From: a virus
Length of the DNA: 64,000 bases
Direction: 5' to 3' (one strand)
Virus record (IMG/VR): IMGVR_UViG_3300021976_000006
Location: 1-64,000 of that record
Both the position numbers and the translations under genes were made by a program. Each line of letters starts with the position of its first letter. The first letter of the stretch is position 1. This document shows positions 1-9,877 of this stretch, in pieces. The notes under the pieces were generated by a model that was given only the letters and a program-made list of their open reading frames with translations, had not been told where the DNA came from and made no database searches.

Positions 1-1505
1 TACAATTCAAACATATAGAGAAGCTACCAGAGATAACTATGCCTACTAAAACTAGAAGATACTTAGTTGGAGATAGTATTGAAGGATGGGCTGATAGTAT
101 TAAAATATTATTAAAGTCATATTTTGGAAAGTCTAACGCTAGACCATTATTTGATTTTAGAGATATTAGACAAAAAGGTGCTAGATTAATTACATCTGGT
201 GGTAAAGCTCCAGGGCCTGAACCACTAAGAAGATGTTTATTTGAAATAGAACAAATTATATTAAGACATGCAAATGGTGATAAGTTGTCATCAATTGAAT
301 GTCATGATATTTTATGTCATATAGCAGATGCTGTATTGGCAGGAGGTATTCGTAGAGCAGCTATGATTAGCTTATTTTCATTCGATGATGAGGATATGCT
401 AACTTGTAAATCTGGTGCTTGGTGGGAACAAAACTCACAAAGAGGAAGAGCTAACAATTCAGCTGTTATTGTAAGAAATAGAATTAAAAAAGAAGATTTT
501 GATTTACTTTGGAAAAAGATAGAAGCATCAAATGCTGGTGAACCTGGAGTTTATTTTACTAATAATGCTGATTGGGGAACTAATCCATGTTGTGAAATAG
601 CTTTAAGACCTTATCAGTTTTGTAATCTATGTGAAGTTAATGTTTCTGATATTGAGTCTCAAGAAGATTTAAATAAAAGAGTATCAGTAGCTTCATTCTT
701 TGGTACTTTACAAGCAGGATTTACTGATTTTCATTATCTTCGTGATATATGGAAAAGAACAACAGAAAAAGATGCATTAGTTGGTGTTGGTATGACAGGT
801 ATAGCTTCAGGTAAAGTCTTAAATTTAGATTTAAAAGAAGCAGCTAAAGTAGCAAAACTAACTAATAAAACAACTTCTGAATCTATTGGTATAAATGCAG
901 CAGCAAGAGTAACAACTGTTAAACCAGCTGGTACTACTTCTTGTGTATTAGGTGCATCATCTGGTATACATGCTTGGCATAATGATTATTACTTAAGACG
1001 TCAACGTATAGGTAAAAATGAAGCTTTATGTCAATACTTTTTAAAGAATCATCCAGAATTAATTGAAGAAGATCAAATGAATTCTTCTCAATGTATTATT
1101 GCTATTCCTCAATCTGCTCCAGAAGGTTCTATTTTAAGAACTGAAAGTGCTATTGATTTACTTGAAAGAGTAAAGAAATTTAACTTAGAATGGGTTAGAG
1201 AAGGTCATAGATCTGGTGATAATACTAATAATGTATCTGCTACTATATCTCTTAAAAAAGAAGATTGGGTAGAAGTAGGTGAATGGATGTGGAAAAATAA
1301 AGAAATTTATAATGGATTATCTGTATTAAATTATGATGGAGGCTCTTATTTACAGGCACCTTTCGAGGATATATCAAAAGAAAAATATGAAGAATTAGTT
1401 AAACACTTAGGTGAAATTGATTTAACAAAAGTAATAGAAATTGAAGATGAAACAAAACAATCAGAAGAACTATCATGTTCTGGTTTAGGTTGTGAAATAA
1501 TATAA
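1..1505 (+). CDS. nrdJ: Class II (B12-dependent) ribonucleotide reductase, 5' truncated by window
   Basis: Frame open from position 3; GGIRRAA, TNPCCEI active-site motif, TTVKPAGT, C-terminal CSGLGCEI cysteine pair. Confidence 0.93.
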   Translation, partial: QFKHIEKLPEITMPTKTRRYLVGDSIEGWADSIKILLKSYFGKSNARPLFDFRDIRQKGARLITSGGKAPGPEPLRRCLFEIEQIILRHANGDKLSSIECHDILCHIADAVLAGGIRRAAMISLFSFDDEDMLTCKSGAWWEQNSQRGRANNSAVIVRNRIKKEDFDLLWKKIEASNAGEPGVYFTNNADWGTNPCCEIALRPYQFCNLCEVNVSDIESQEDLNKRVSVASFFGTLQAGFTDFHYLRDIWKRTTEKDALVGVGMTGIASGKVLNLDLKEAAKVAKLTNKTTSESIGINAAARVTTVKPAGTTSCVLGASSGIHAWHNDYYLRRQRIGKNEALCQYFLKNHPELIEEDQMNSSQCIIAIPQSAPEGSILRTESAIDLLERVKKFNLEWVREGHRSGDNTNNVSATISLKKEDWVEVGEWMWKNKEIYNGLSVLNYDGGSYLQAPFEDISKEKYEELVKHLGEIDLTKVIEIEDETKQSEELSCSGLGCEII

Positions 1506-1518
1506 TAAATTTATGTAG

Positions 1519-1761
1519 ATGATGTACTTTAGATTAAAATATGGTGTAAGTGGGATGGATAAAATCATTACAAAAGATCACTATGAGACATTGTCTTTTG
1601 GGGATCAATTTTACTATGAATTAGTATTTCCAATAAATTGTGGGGCTAATAAGGAAGAGAAATCCCGTGAAGAAATAGTATCCAGTGCTTATGAGGCCGC
1701 CTATGCTGAATACAGTGATACTGGTAGTTTAGATAATATGATGGGTGGATTTTATGATTAA
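1519..1761 (+). CDS. Hypothetical protein
   Basis: ORF tightly packed in operon. Confidence 0.6.
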   Translation: MMYFRLKYGVSGMDKIITKDHYETLSFGDQFYYELVFPINCGANKEEKSREEIVSSAYEAAYAEYSDTGSLDNMMGGFYD

Positions 1762-1763
1762 AT

Positions 1764-2192
1764 ATGAAGATAAAAATAAAAAGATTAACAACAAAAGCAG
1801 TAATTCCTAAATATGCTAAAGATGGTGATGCAGGAATGGATTTAACAGCTACATCAAAATCAACAGTAAATGAAGAAGGTTTTGGTTATGTATCATATGG
1901 TACAGGATTAGCATTTGAAATTCCTAAAGGATTTGTAGGATTAATATTTCCTAGAAGTTCGTTATCAAATACAGGATTAATATTAAGTAACTCAGTTGGT
2001 GTAATTGATTCTGGTTATAGAGGAGAAGTATCAGCTAGATTTAAATATATTCCTGATACTAATGATTATGAAATAGGTGATAGAATAGCTCAAATGCTTA
2101 TTCTTCCTTATCCAGAAGTAGAATTTGAAGAAGTTGAAGATTTAACAGATACTGATCGCGGAATAGGTGGTCACGGTAGCTCAGGTAACTAG
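1764..2192 (+). CDS. dut: Trimeric dUTPase
   Basis: AGMDL, PRSS, GVIDSGYRGE, RGIGGHGSSG motifs. Confidence 0.97.
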   Translation: MKIKIKRLTTKAVIPKYAKDGDAGMDLTATSKSTVNEEGFGYVSYGTGLAFEIPKGFVGLIFPRSSLSNTGLILSNSVGVIDSGYRGEVSARFKYIPDTNDYEIGDRIAQMLILPYPEVEFEEVEDLTDTDRGIGGHGSSGN

Positions 2193-2198
2193 TATACT

Positions 2199-2429
2199 AT
2201 GCAAAAAGAAGAAAAATTAAAATTGGACGAGTTGGAAATTGCAATCCAACTTGTTCAATTAAACGATCCAGAATTAAAAAAAGCTACTTATAAAGACTTA
2301 GCTGGTGAAATTGAGAATCAATTTAACTGTAAAGTAGATTATGAGGACATATTTCTTCTATATGAACCAACAATTGAACAAGAAGAAGAGGATATAAGAA
2401 TCCATTATCAATCAATGTTTAATGTTTAA
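2199..2429 (+). CDS. Hypothetical acidic protein
   Basis: ORF in operon. Confidence 0.6.
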   Translation: MQKEEKLKLDELEIAIQLVQLNDPELKKATYKDLAGEIENQFNCKVDYEDIFLLYEPTIEQEEEDIRIHYQSMFNV

Positions 2430-2440
2430 AAAACAAAAAT

Positions 2441-2638
2441 ATGACTAAAAAAATTAAAGCATGTCCTGCTTGCCATGGTACAGGATTAAGACAAATGGTT
2501 CCATCAGCAGGACCTTGTAGAGTTTGCTCAGGAACTGGAGTTCCAGTTTATGATGAGAATTTTGGTGATGCTCTAGCATTTTTAGAGGAAGAGAATCACG
2601 ATTATGTAGATTTAGATGTAGATGACGAAGACGAATGA
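2441..2638 (+). CDS. Small DnaJ-type zinc-finger protein with acidic tail
   Basis: Two CxxCxGxG repeats (CPACHGTG, CRVCSGTG) and a D/E-rich C-terminus. Confidence 0.75.
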   Translation: MTKKIKACPACHGTGLRQMVPSAGPCRVCSGTGVPVYDENFGDALAFLEEENHDYVDLDVDDEDE

Positions 2639-3203
2639 TGAAAATGTCATTTTTGAAGTCAATTTAAATTCACTACTGGAAGCAGGAATATCAATAAATC
2701 AATACTTTTTTCTACAATTATCTCATATTGGTAAAGTAGCCAATTATAGATTGTATCTAGAGCAATTTTCACAACCAATAAACAAAGAAGATATTAAATA
2801 TCTTATAGATAAAGGTTTATTAATTACTAAAGATAGAACAGAAAGATATACATTTGAAAATCTGGAACCAACTGATCTTTTTAAAAGATTATTTGATCCA
2901 GATATACCAAATGCAATAGAAGAGCTAATGGCTGTTTATCCAAAGAAAACACCTTTGGGTAGACGGCTACAAAGTGATGGTCATAAGTGGAAACCAGCTT
3001 ATCTTAAAATTATTAAAGGTAGGCCTGTATTACATGATTTAATTATCAAATGTATTAAGGCTGAAGAAGCTGTAAGGAGAAAAGCAGGACAATTAGAATA
3101 TTGGCCATTAATGACAACGTATATTAATAATAAACGTTGGGAAGACTATGAAGATGAGATAGATGATTTTAGTGAGGAAGATAAATTTTCAAAGGATATA
3201 TAA
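2622..3203 (+). CDS. Putative replication initiator/helicase-loader-like protein
   Basis: Directly upstream of DnaB; YPKK...TYINNKRWEDY C-terminal pattern resembles phage replisome organisers. Confidence 0.5.
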   Translation: MTKTNDENVIFEVNLNSLLEAGISINQYFFLQLSHIGKVANYRLYLEQFSQPINKEDIKYLIDKGLLITKDRTERYTFENLEPTDLFKRLFDPDIPNAIEELMAVYPKKTPLGRRLQSDGHKWKPAYLKIIKGRPVLHDLIIKCIKAEEAVRRKAGQLEYWPLMTTYINNKRWEDYEDEIDDFSEEDKFSKDI

Positions 3204-4313
3204 ATGACAGAAAACAATTCTTTATTTCAACGTGCGTTGAGAAGAATAGAGGAGAATAGAAATAGAGATTACAATTGTTTGTCATTTGAAAGTCTCTTTC
3301 CTAAGTTCTCAGAATTTTTACCCGGTATAATGCAAAAAACCTATTATTTGATTACAGCTAATAGTAAAGCTGGTAAAACTCAAATAACAGATTATATGTT
3401 TTTATATCACCCATATAATTTTATTAAAAATAATCCAAATAGTAATATCAAGATTAAGATATTTTATTTCTCTTTAGAGATGGATTTAGAAAGTAAAATT
3501 ACAGCTGGAATAAGTAAACATATTTATGAGAATGATAAGTTGGTAGTACCTGTTAATCAGATATTATCAATGAATAGGAAAAACAGATTAACAGATGACG
3601 TATACCAGAAAATACTAAGTGCTGAAAAGTATTTTGAAGAGTTACAAGATTATCTTGTAATATCAGATGCACAACAAAATCCAACAGGTATTTATAAACA
3701 AATGTATAAATATGCTATGGATAATGGTAAAATAATTACCAAAACTATTAATATTAAAGATCCTGATACTGGGAATGAATCAACAAGAGAAATATTTGAT
3801 TATTATATACCTAATAATCCAGATGAGTATGTAATTATATTGACAGATCACTTAGCAGAATTAACAACTGAAAGTGGTAAAGATATTAAAGGTACTATGG
3901 AGAAACATAGTGATTATATGAGAATATTAAGAAATATGTTTGGTTATATTCCGGTAGATGTACAACAGCAAGCAGCTGCTCAAGAGAGTTTAGATAAGTT
4001 TAAAGCTAATAAGCTAGAACCTTCAATAGAAGGCTTAGGAGAGACTAAACTAACAGCAAGGAAAGCTAATGTTATATTAGGATTATTTAGTCCTGCAATT
4101 CATGAAATACCTAAATATAGAGGTTATAATATTGAGAAACTTCTTGATAATTATAGAAATCTGTCTATTATTAGACAAAGGAATGGTATATCAGGAGTAA
4201 ATGTAGGATTATATTTTAATGGGGCGTGTAATTATTTTAAAGAACTTCCACGAGGTGTGGATATGACAGATGCACATTATAGTGCTATCGAGAAATTAAA
4301 AGGAGAAGGATAA
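3204..4313 (+). CDS. dnaB: DnaB-family replicative helicase
   Basis: ANSKAGKT Walker A, YFSLEM, ILTDHL, VQQQ, RQRNG arginine-finger region. Confidence 0.85.
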   Translation: MTENNSLFQRALRRIEENRNRDYNCLSFESLFPKFSEFLPGIMQKTYYLITANSKAGKTQITDYMFLYHPYNFIKNNPNSNIKIKIFYFSLEMDLESKITAGISKHIYENDKLVVPVNQILSMNRKNRLTDDVYQKILSAEKYFEELQDYLVISDAQQNPTGIYKQMYKYAMDNGKIITKTINIKDPDTGNESTREIFDYYIPNNPDEYVIILTDHLAELTTESGKDIKGTMEKHSDYMRILRNMFGYIPVDVQQQAAAQESLDKFKANKLEPSIEGLGETKLTARKANVILGLFSPAIHEIPKYRGYNIEKLLDNYRNLSIIRQRNGISGVNVGLYFNGACNYFKELPRGVDMTDAHYSAIEKLKGEG

Positions 4314-4952
4314 GTGAGTAGAGATTATTATAAAGTAGCATTAGTTGCACAATCAGGTAAAGGTAAAACATTTGCAGCAAGAAATTTAAATCGTGATAAA
4401 ACAGGTTTTATAAATGTTGAAAATAAACCATTACCTTTTAAAGGAGGATTTAAATATCATACTAGATGTACAGCTTACAATGAAGCATATAATGCTTTAA
4501 TTGAATATGCTAAAAATCCAGAAATAGATCTTATATTCTTTGATAGTTTTTCAGCTTATGTTGATTTACTATTGTTAGAATGTAGAAAGACTAAAAAAGG
4601 ATTTGATGTTTGGAATTTATATGCAGAAGAGATTGGAAAGTTACTTCATCTAATTAAAAGAATTCCAAAAGAAGTATATGTTACTGCCCATTACGAATTA
4701 TTGTCACCAGAAGGTGCTCAAGAAAGACGTATTAAGGTAAAAGGCAAGGAATATGAGGGATTAGTTGAAAAAGAATTTACTATGGTTCTCTATGCAGATA
4801 GAAAACTAAATGATAAAAAAGAAGTAGAAGCTTGGTTTGATTTAAACTTAGAAGGTTCTTCAGCTAAATGTCCACCAGATATGTTTACTGGTAACAGAAT
4901 TGATAATGATTGTGATCTAATTCAGAAAGCAATTGTTGAATTCACCAAATAA
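4314..4952 (+). CDS. AAA-family ATPase (Sak4-like recombination protein)
   Basis: AQSGKGKT Walker A, FFDSFS Walker B, TAH; lies upstream of an SSB-like gene; GTG start. Confidence 0.8.
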   Translation: MSRDYYKVALVAQSGKGKTFAARNLNRDKTGFINVENKPLPFKGGFKYHTRCTAYNEAYNALIEYAKNPEIDLIFFDSFSAYVDLLLLECRKTKKGFDVWNLYAEEIGKLLHLIKRIPKEVYVTAHYELLSPEGAQERRIKVKGKEYEGLVEKEFTMVLYADRKLNDKKEVEAWFDLNLEGSSAKCPPDMFTGNRIDNDCDLIQKAIVEFTK

Positions 4953-5116
4953 TGAAAACGAAAGAAGAGATCTTTGATCAGCAAGCTTTATTAGGAATGT
5001 ACAGTTATAATCCTAAAGGATTTAGACTAAGATATTCTACTTTATTCATGGTTATTATGAATAGTATGGAAGCTTATATGAGACAAGAATTAAATAAATC
5101 GAAAACTGCAAAATAA
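4952..5116 (+). CDS. Small hypothetical protein (54 aa, below ORF-track cutoff)
   Basis: TAATG-coupled ORF MKTKEEIFDQQ...KTAK. Confidence 0.55.
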   Translation: MKTKEEIFDQQALLGMYSYNPKGFRLRYSTLFMVIMNSMEAYMRQELNKSKTAK

Positions 5117-5117
5117 A

Positions 5118-5149
5118 TTTGTAATTTTCGGAAATAATTTGTAACTTTG
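5118..5149 (+). promoter_or_regulatory. Bacteroidota primary-sigma promoter
   Basis: TTTG-N20-TAACTTTG. Confidence 0.85.
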
Positions 5150-5202
5150 TATTATTGCTATGTAATATAACAATTTAAATATAAAAAAGAAGAAAACAAT
5201 AT

Positions 5203-5724
5203 ATGAGTAATATTATTAATTTTAACAGTGTAGGAAACGGAAATAATTCAGATCGTAAAACAGTTCAACCAGGTGTTGATGTATTTACAATCGAAGAGGG
5301 TGAAGTTAAAACTAATACTAATGGTAAAGTATTTTTAGCATTAAAATTTGTAAATAAAGAAGGTAAGTATCTTAAGGAGCAATTTTATGCTACTACTCCA
5401 GGAACACTTGCACGTATTAAAGAACTTGCTACTAACTCTGGTGTAACTTTGGGAGAAGATACTCTAGAACAAGTTGTAGCTAAGCTTTTAGGTACTAAAG
5501 TAGGTCTAGTTGTTGGTGGTGAAAAAGAAAATGCAGAATTTGATGGTAAGTCACAAGTAGTAACTCGTGCTCGTCTTAAAAATGCTTATAATTTCTCTTT
5601 CAGAGTTAATGAACTTGAAAAATGGAAAGATTCTAAAATAATTATTGAAGACAAAACAATTCCTGATACAGCAACAGCAACAACATCTACTGTTACTGAT
5701 ACTTCAGATGATTTGCCATTCTAA
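5203..5724 (+). CDS. Single-stranded DNA-binding protein (DUF669-like)
   Basis: Beta-rich core, flexible T-rich linker, C-terminal DDLPF tail; between AAA ATPase and primase. Confidence 0.75.
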   Translation: MSNIINFNSVGNGNNSDRKTVQPGVDVFTIEEGEVKTNTNGKVFLALKFVNKEGKYLKEQFYATTPGTLARIKELATNSGVTLGEDTLEQVVAKLLGTKVGLVVGGEKENAEFDGKSQVVTRARLKNAYNFSFRVNELEKWKDSKIIIEDKTIPDTATATTSTVTDTSDDLPF

Positions 5725-5737
5725 TATAATAAAACTT

Positions 5738-5760
5738 AGGAGGTGAAATGCCTCCTTTTT
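5738..5760 (+). terminator. Intrinsic terminator
   Basis: AGGAGGT-GAAAT-GCCTCCT followed by TTTT. Confidence 0.75.
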
Positions 5761-5777
5761 AACCAAAATTAATATGG

Positions 5778-6767
5778 ATGGATAAAAAAATAGATTTTAA
5801 TAATCTAAATCTTAATAAAGATTTCATATTATCTAAAGTATCAGAAAAACAAATCTTTGATTTCTATATTAATAAACCTTATAAATTAGGTGAATTACTA
5901 AAATCAAATCTAAGAGGTGATGATGATACTAATAGTTTAAATGTCTTTATGAGAAACAATGAACTCAGGTACAAAGATTTTGGACATTCTTATGGTAATT
6001 GTTTTGAATATGTTAAAAACTTGTTCAAATGTGACTATAGGAAAGCTATGCAAATTATAGCTAATGATTTTAATATAGTTCCTGGAGCTGTTGATAAGAC
6101 CATAAAACCAGATCATAGTTTTGCTGAAGACTTTATGAGTTTTCAAAAAGTAATTGTACCAGTAAAAAGAGGATGGAAACTACTTGATAAACAATATTGG
6201 ACAGATAGATATTATATTCCTATAGATTTATTATTAGAGTATGAAATTAATGCTGCCAATTATATTTATCTAAAGAATAAACCAGATAATATGTTTATCT
6301 GGGGTCATCATTTAGATGACAACCCAATATATTATTATAAACTTGATAATGCTTATAAAGTATATAGACCATTTTCTGCTAAAAAAGGTAAATGGTTAAG
6401 TACTACTAAAGAGTTTGATATTCAAGGATTAAAACAATTACCAAAGAAAGGAGAATTATTAATAATTACTTCTTCAATGAAAGATGTTTTAGTATTAAAA
6501 GTATTGGGTTATGATGCGATTGCATTAGGTGGTGAGGGTAATAATATTCCAGATAAGATTTTGGACTATTTATATACTTACTACGACAATATTATTATTT
6601 TCTATGATAATGATGAACCAGGATTAAAATATGGTCAGAAAATGGCTGAAAATGTGTCTGGTGGGTATATACATATACCTTTAGAATACAAAGAGAAAGA
6701 CATCTCTGATTTTATTCATATTCATAGAATAGATAATACTATTGATTTAATGCGTAAATTAATATAA
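5778..6767 (+). CDS. dnaG: DnaG-like primase
   Basis: YKDFG N-terminal domain; TOPRIM ITSSMKD, YDNDEPG, KDISD. Confidence 0.88.
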   Translation: MDKKIDFNNLNLNKDFILSKVSEKQIFDFYINKPYKLGELLKSNLRGDDDTNSLNVFMRNNELRYKDFGHSYGNCFEYVKNLFKCDYRKAMQIIANDFNIVPGAVDKTIKPDHSFAEDFMSFQKVIVPVKRGWKLLDKQYWTDRYYIPIDLLLEYEINAANYIYLKNKPDNMFIWGHHLDDNPIYYYKLDNAYKVYRPFSAKKGKWLSTTKEFDIQGLKQLPKKGELLIITSSMKDVLVLKVLGYDAIALGGEGNNIPDKILDYLYTYYDNIIIFYDNDEPGLKYGQKMAENVSGGYIHIPLEYKEKDISDFIHIHRIDNTIDLMRKLI

Positions 6768-6768
6768 A

Positions 6769-6975
6769 ATGAAAAAACAAGAACTACTGGATTGGTGGGT
6801 TAATTATGATAATTCTCAAGGAGTAAGATTTAAAGATATTCCTGAAGAATACAAAAAAAGCTTTAATGATTTTATGTTAGGTCAAACTATTATTCGTGAT
6901 GATAATAATGATGATGTAGCATATTCATGGGATGTAGGTCACTGGATTTATCTTAATACCAAAACAGAATATTAA
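6769..6975 (+). CDS. Hypothetical protein
   Basis: Coupled ORF. Confidence 0.6.
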   Translation: MKKQELLDWWVNYDNSQGVRFKDIPEEYKKSFNDFMLGQTIIRDDNNDDVAYSWDVGHWIYLNTKTEY

Positions 6976-7583
6976 TGAATGAAGAAATAGTTAAAGTAAC
7001 TATTCCTCTATTTAACGATCTTGTAAGGATAGCTGAAAAACGTTCAGTTTTACCTTTTAAGAAAGATAGCAAAAAGAAAATACCTAAAAAGTATCAGACA
7101 GATGAATATAGTTGGAACGGGAAAGGTTATTTGATACATACAAAAACTGGTGTAGTAGTAGCAGCAAATGCTATGTTAGCTGGTAAACCAAGAGATTGGA
7201 GAATTAATGGGCAAGATATATATAATCAAAAGGTTAAACAATCTGCTCGTAATGCAGTTATGGTTAAAATCCATGAGAAATTTAAAAGGCCTTTAAGAGG
7301 AATTGATCCTTTAACTTTAGATGCTTTTCCCCTAACTTTAAGAATTAATTTTTATGTAAAAGATTATACAAAAATTAAATTTGAAGGTAAAGGAAGAATG
7401 AAAAACATTGATAATGATAATCGATGGATCTATGAGAAAGCAATACAGGATACAATGGTTGAATTAGGAATTCTTCCAGATGATAATCCTAAGTATATAA
7501 ACGGGAATCACAAGAAAACATACTTTGTTGAAACAGATGAAGAATGTAGATTAGAAATAATATTGTTAAAAGATGATGAATAA
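6975..7583 (+). CDS. RusA-like Holliday junction resolvase
   Basis: DNDN...EKAIQD...GILPDDN motif. Confidence 0.7.
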   Translation: MNEEIVKVTIPLFNDLVRIAEKRSVLPFKKDSKKKIPKKYQTDEYSWNGKGYLIHTKTGVVVAANAMLAGKPRDWRINGQDIYNQKVKQSARNAVMVKIHEKFKRPLRGIDPLTLDAFPLTLRINFYVKDYTKIKFEGKGRMKNIDNDNRWIYEKAIQDTMVELGILPDDNPKYINGNHKKTYFVETDEECRLEIILLKDDE

Positions 7584-8322
7584 AGCAACTGTCATAGACG
7601 CTGATACTATTCTGTATCTTGCTACTTATTCAAAAGAAAAACAATTAGAAATAAATGATGTCTTTAAAAATTGTGATGCAATATTCAATGATATAATTAA
7701 AGCAACAGAAGCTAATTATTATACAGGATATTTAACTGATGGATCTTTTAGATATAAAATAGCAAAAAGTAAACCCTATAAGGGAAATAGAGTTGGTATA
7801 CCCAAACCTAAATACTTTAATTTAGCTACAGCTTATCTAAAAGATAAATATCAGTTTGAAACACTAAAAGATTATGAGGCTGATGACTTATGTATAATGG
7901 GTCAAAATGCTTTAAATCATACAAAAGAATATGATGTAACAATAGCATCACCAGATAAAGATTTAAGACAGGTACCGGGTAAATTTTATGATTATAAGAA
8001 AAAAGAGACTGAAGACATTAATTCAGAAAGTGCGTATAAAAATCTATGGAAACAAGTACTTACTGGTGATTCAGGAGATAATATCCAAGGTATACCGGGT
8101 ATAGGTGATAAGAAAGCAGAACATTTATTATTAGATAGAGATCATGAGAATTACTATACAATAGTATTAAATGCTTATACAGCTTATTATGGTGAATATC
8201 AAGGTATTTTAAAATTTACTGAGAATTATCAATTAGTTAAAATGTTGGATTTATATAATGGTCAATTATTTTATCCAACTTTAATTGCAGTACAAGAAGA
8301 AATAGATGAATGGTTAAAGTAG
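7573..8322 (+). CDS. 5'-3' exonuclease (PolA/T5 flap family)
   Basis: IDAD, YKGNR, EADD, SPDKD, GDSGDNIQGIPGIG H3TH motif. Confidence 0.93.
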   Translation: MMNKATVIDADTILYLATYSKEKQLEINDVFKNCDAIFNDIIKATEANYYTGYLTDGSFRYKIAKSKPYKGNRVGIPKPKYFNLATAYLKDKYQFETLKDYEADDLCIMGQNALNHTKEYDVTIASPDKDLRQVPGKFYDYKKKETEDINSESAYKNLWKQVLTGDSGDNIQGIPGIGDKKAEHLLLDRDHENYYTIVLNAYTAYYGEYQGILKFTENYQLVKMLDLYNGQLFYPTLIAVQEEIDEWLK

Positions 8323-8816
8323 AAGAGAATAGAGAGAGAGAAACTATAAAATCTAATAAAAGTCTACACTTTATATTACCAATGTTAGGATTAATGTATC
8401 ACAATTTAAGAGGTACAATATTAAATTCTTATATTGGAGATAGAGTAAATAGACCAGATCTTGATAACTATCATGTATTTATACTTGCTAGAGAAGAAGA
8501 TCGAAGATTACATCATATTAAAGAATATGTAGAACATTATAAACATGATCTTGGAATAATGTATGTATACAGAATACCAGAAGAATTTGAAGAGGATTAT
8601 TTAAAGTTTATACTTGGTAAATATTCAGAGTTTAGTGCTGAATATAAACAAAAGATAATTAAACTTTTACCAGCTCCTTATCAAATGAATACAGTATTCA
8701 AAGTAATAATGAAAACAGAGGAAGCGAGAAAGATTATTGAAGAAAAAGTAGGCCAAAGTATAGGTGATCAAGAGGTCTTTAGTATTCCTAATATGAATGA
8801 AGAAATCTTTGGTTAA
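8310..8816 (+). CDS. Hypothetical phage protein
   Basis: ORF overlapping the exonuclease stop. Confidence 0.65.
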   Translation: MVKVEENRERETIKSNKSLHFILPMLGLMYHNLRGTILNSYIGDRVNRPDLDNYHVFILAREEDRRLHHIKEYVEHYKHDLGIMYVYRIPEEFEEDYLKFILGKYSEFSAEYKQKIIKLLPAPYQMNTVFKVIMKTEEARKIIEEKVGQSIGDQEVFSIPNMNEEIFG

Positions 8817-8821
8817 TTTTA

Positions 8822-8853
8822 TTAGGTATTATAAAAACTATTTAGTATATTTG
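8822..8853 (+). promoter_or_regulatory. Bacteroidota-type promoter of the homing endonuclease
   Basis: TTAG-N20-TATATTTG, ATG 3 nt downstream. Confidence 0.65.
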
Positions 8854-8856
8854 TAT

Positions 8857-9579
8857 ATGAAAAAAATACAATGTATATACAGTATACAAAATATACTAAA
8901 TAATAAGCAATATATAGGATCAACAGTTGATTATATTTCTAGAAAAAGAGTTCATTTAAGTGATTTAGTTTTAAATAAACATCATTCTATATTTTTACAA
9001 AGATCATGGAATAAATATGGTTCAGAAAATTTTAGATTTTTTATATTAGAAAATAATATTGAAAATCTAATAGAAAGAGAACAATATTGGATAGATTTAT
9101 TAAAACCTAAATATAATATGTGTAAGATTGCAGGAAGTCCTTTGGGTTTTAAACATACTAAAGAGTTTTGTGATAATGTTAGAATTAGAATGTTAGGTAC
9201 TAAAGCATCTAAAGAAAGTTTAGAAAAAAGAAGCAATACAATATCTGGAGAAGGACACTGGACTTTTGGAAAAGAAAATCCATTTTCTGATAATCATAAA
9301 AAGAATCTATCTATTTCTCGTAAATTACTTTATAAAAATGGATTTGTAAATCCTATGTTAGGTAGAAAACATACAGATGAATCTTTACTTAAAATAAAAA
9401 ATAGTAGAAAAACAAAATCTGTATTACAATATGATAAAGATATGAATTTTATAAAAAAATATAACAGTGCTAAAGAAGCAGCAGATGAATTAAATATATC
9501 ATATGTTCAATTATGTTCTGTTGCAAGAGGAAATGGAAAAGTGAAAACGGCAGGAGGCTGTATATGGATTTATGGATAA
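8857..9579 (+). mobile_element. Free-standing GIY-YIG homing endonuclease with NUMOD3/NUMOD1 domains (start revised from 8797)
   Basis: CIYSI...YIGST, EREQYWID, GFKHT/GRKHT repeats, VLQYD...SAKEAA...TAGG C-terminus. Confidence 0.9.
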
Positions 9580-9877
9580 AGGAATTAGACACAATGAAGG
9601 GAAACCTAAATGGCATCTAGTAGATTTTGATTCTTTAATACCTTTAGTAAGAGTATTAGAAAAAGGTGCTGAAGAATATGGAGAATTTAACTGGAAAAAA
9701 GGATTAGATAAAACAGAAATATCTGAAAGTCTAATTAGACATGCTATGAAATTAGCTAATGGAGTAAAAATTGACGATAGTTCAGGTTTTCCTCATTATG
9801 CGCATATTATGGCAAATGCAATGTTTTATAGTTATTTCGATGAATTAAGTGAAAAAGATAAAGTGAATGAGGGATAA
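9572..9877 (+). CDS. dATP/dGTP diphosphohydrolase-like (DUF5664) protein
   Basis: GKPKWHL, GAEEYGEFNWKKG, SLIRH, SGFPHYAH motifs. Confidence 0.85.
   Translation: MDKGIRHNEGKPKWHLVDFDSLIPLVRVLEKGAEEYGEFNWKKGLDKTEISESLIRHAMKLANGVKIDDSSGFPHYAHIMANAMFYSYFDELSEKDKVNEG

Noticed and set aside
8797-9579. Group I intron around the GIY-YIG gene
   Set aside because: Flanking genes are complete and there is no room for an intron core
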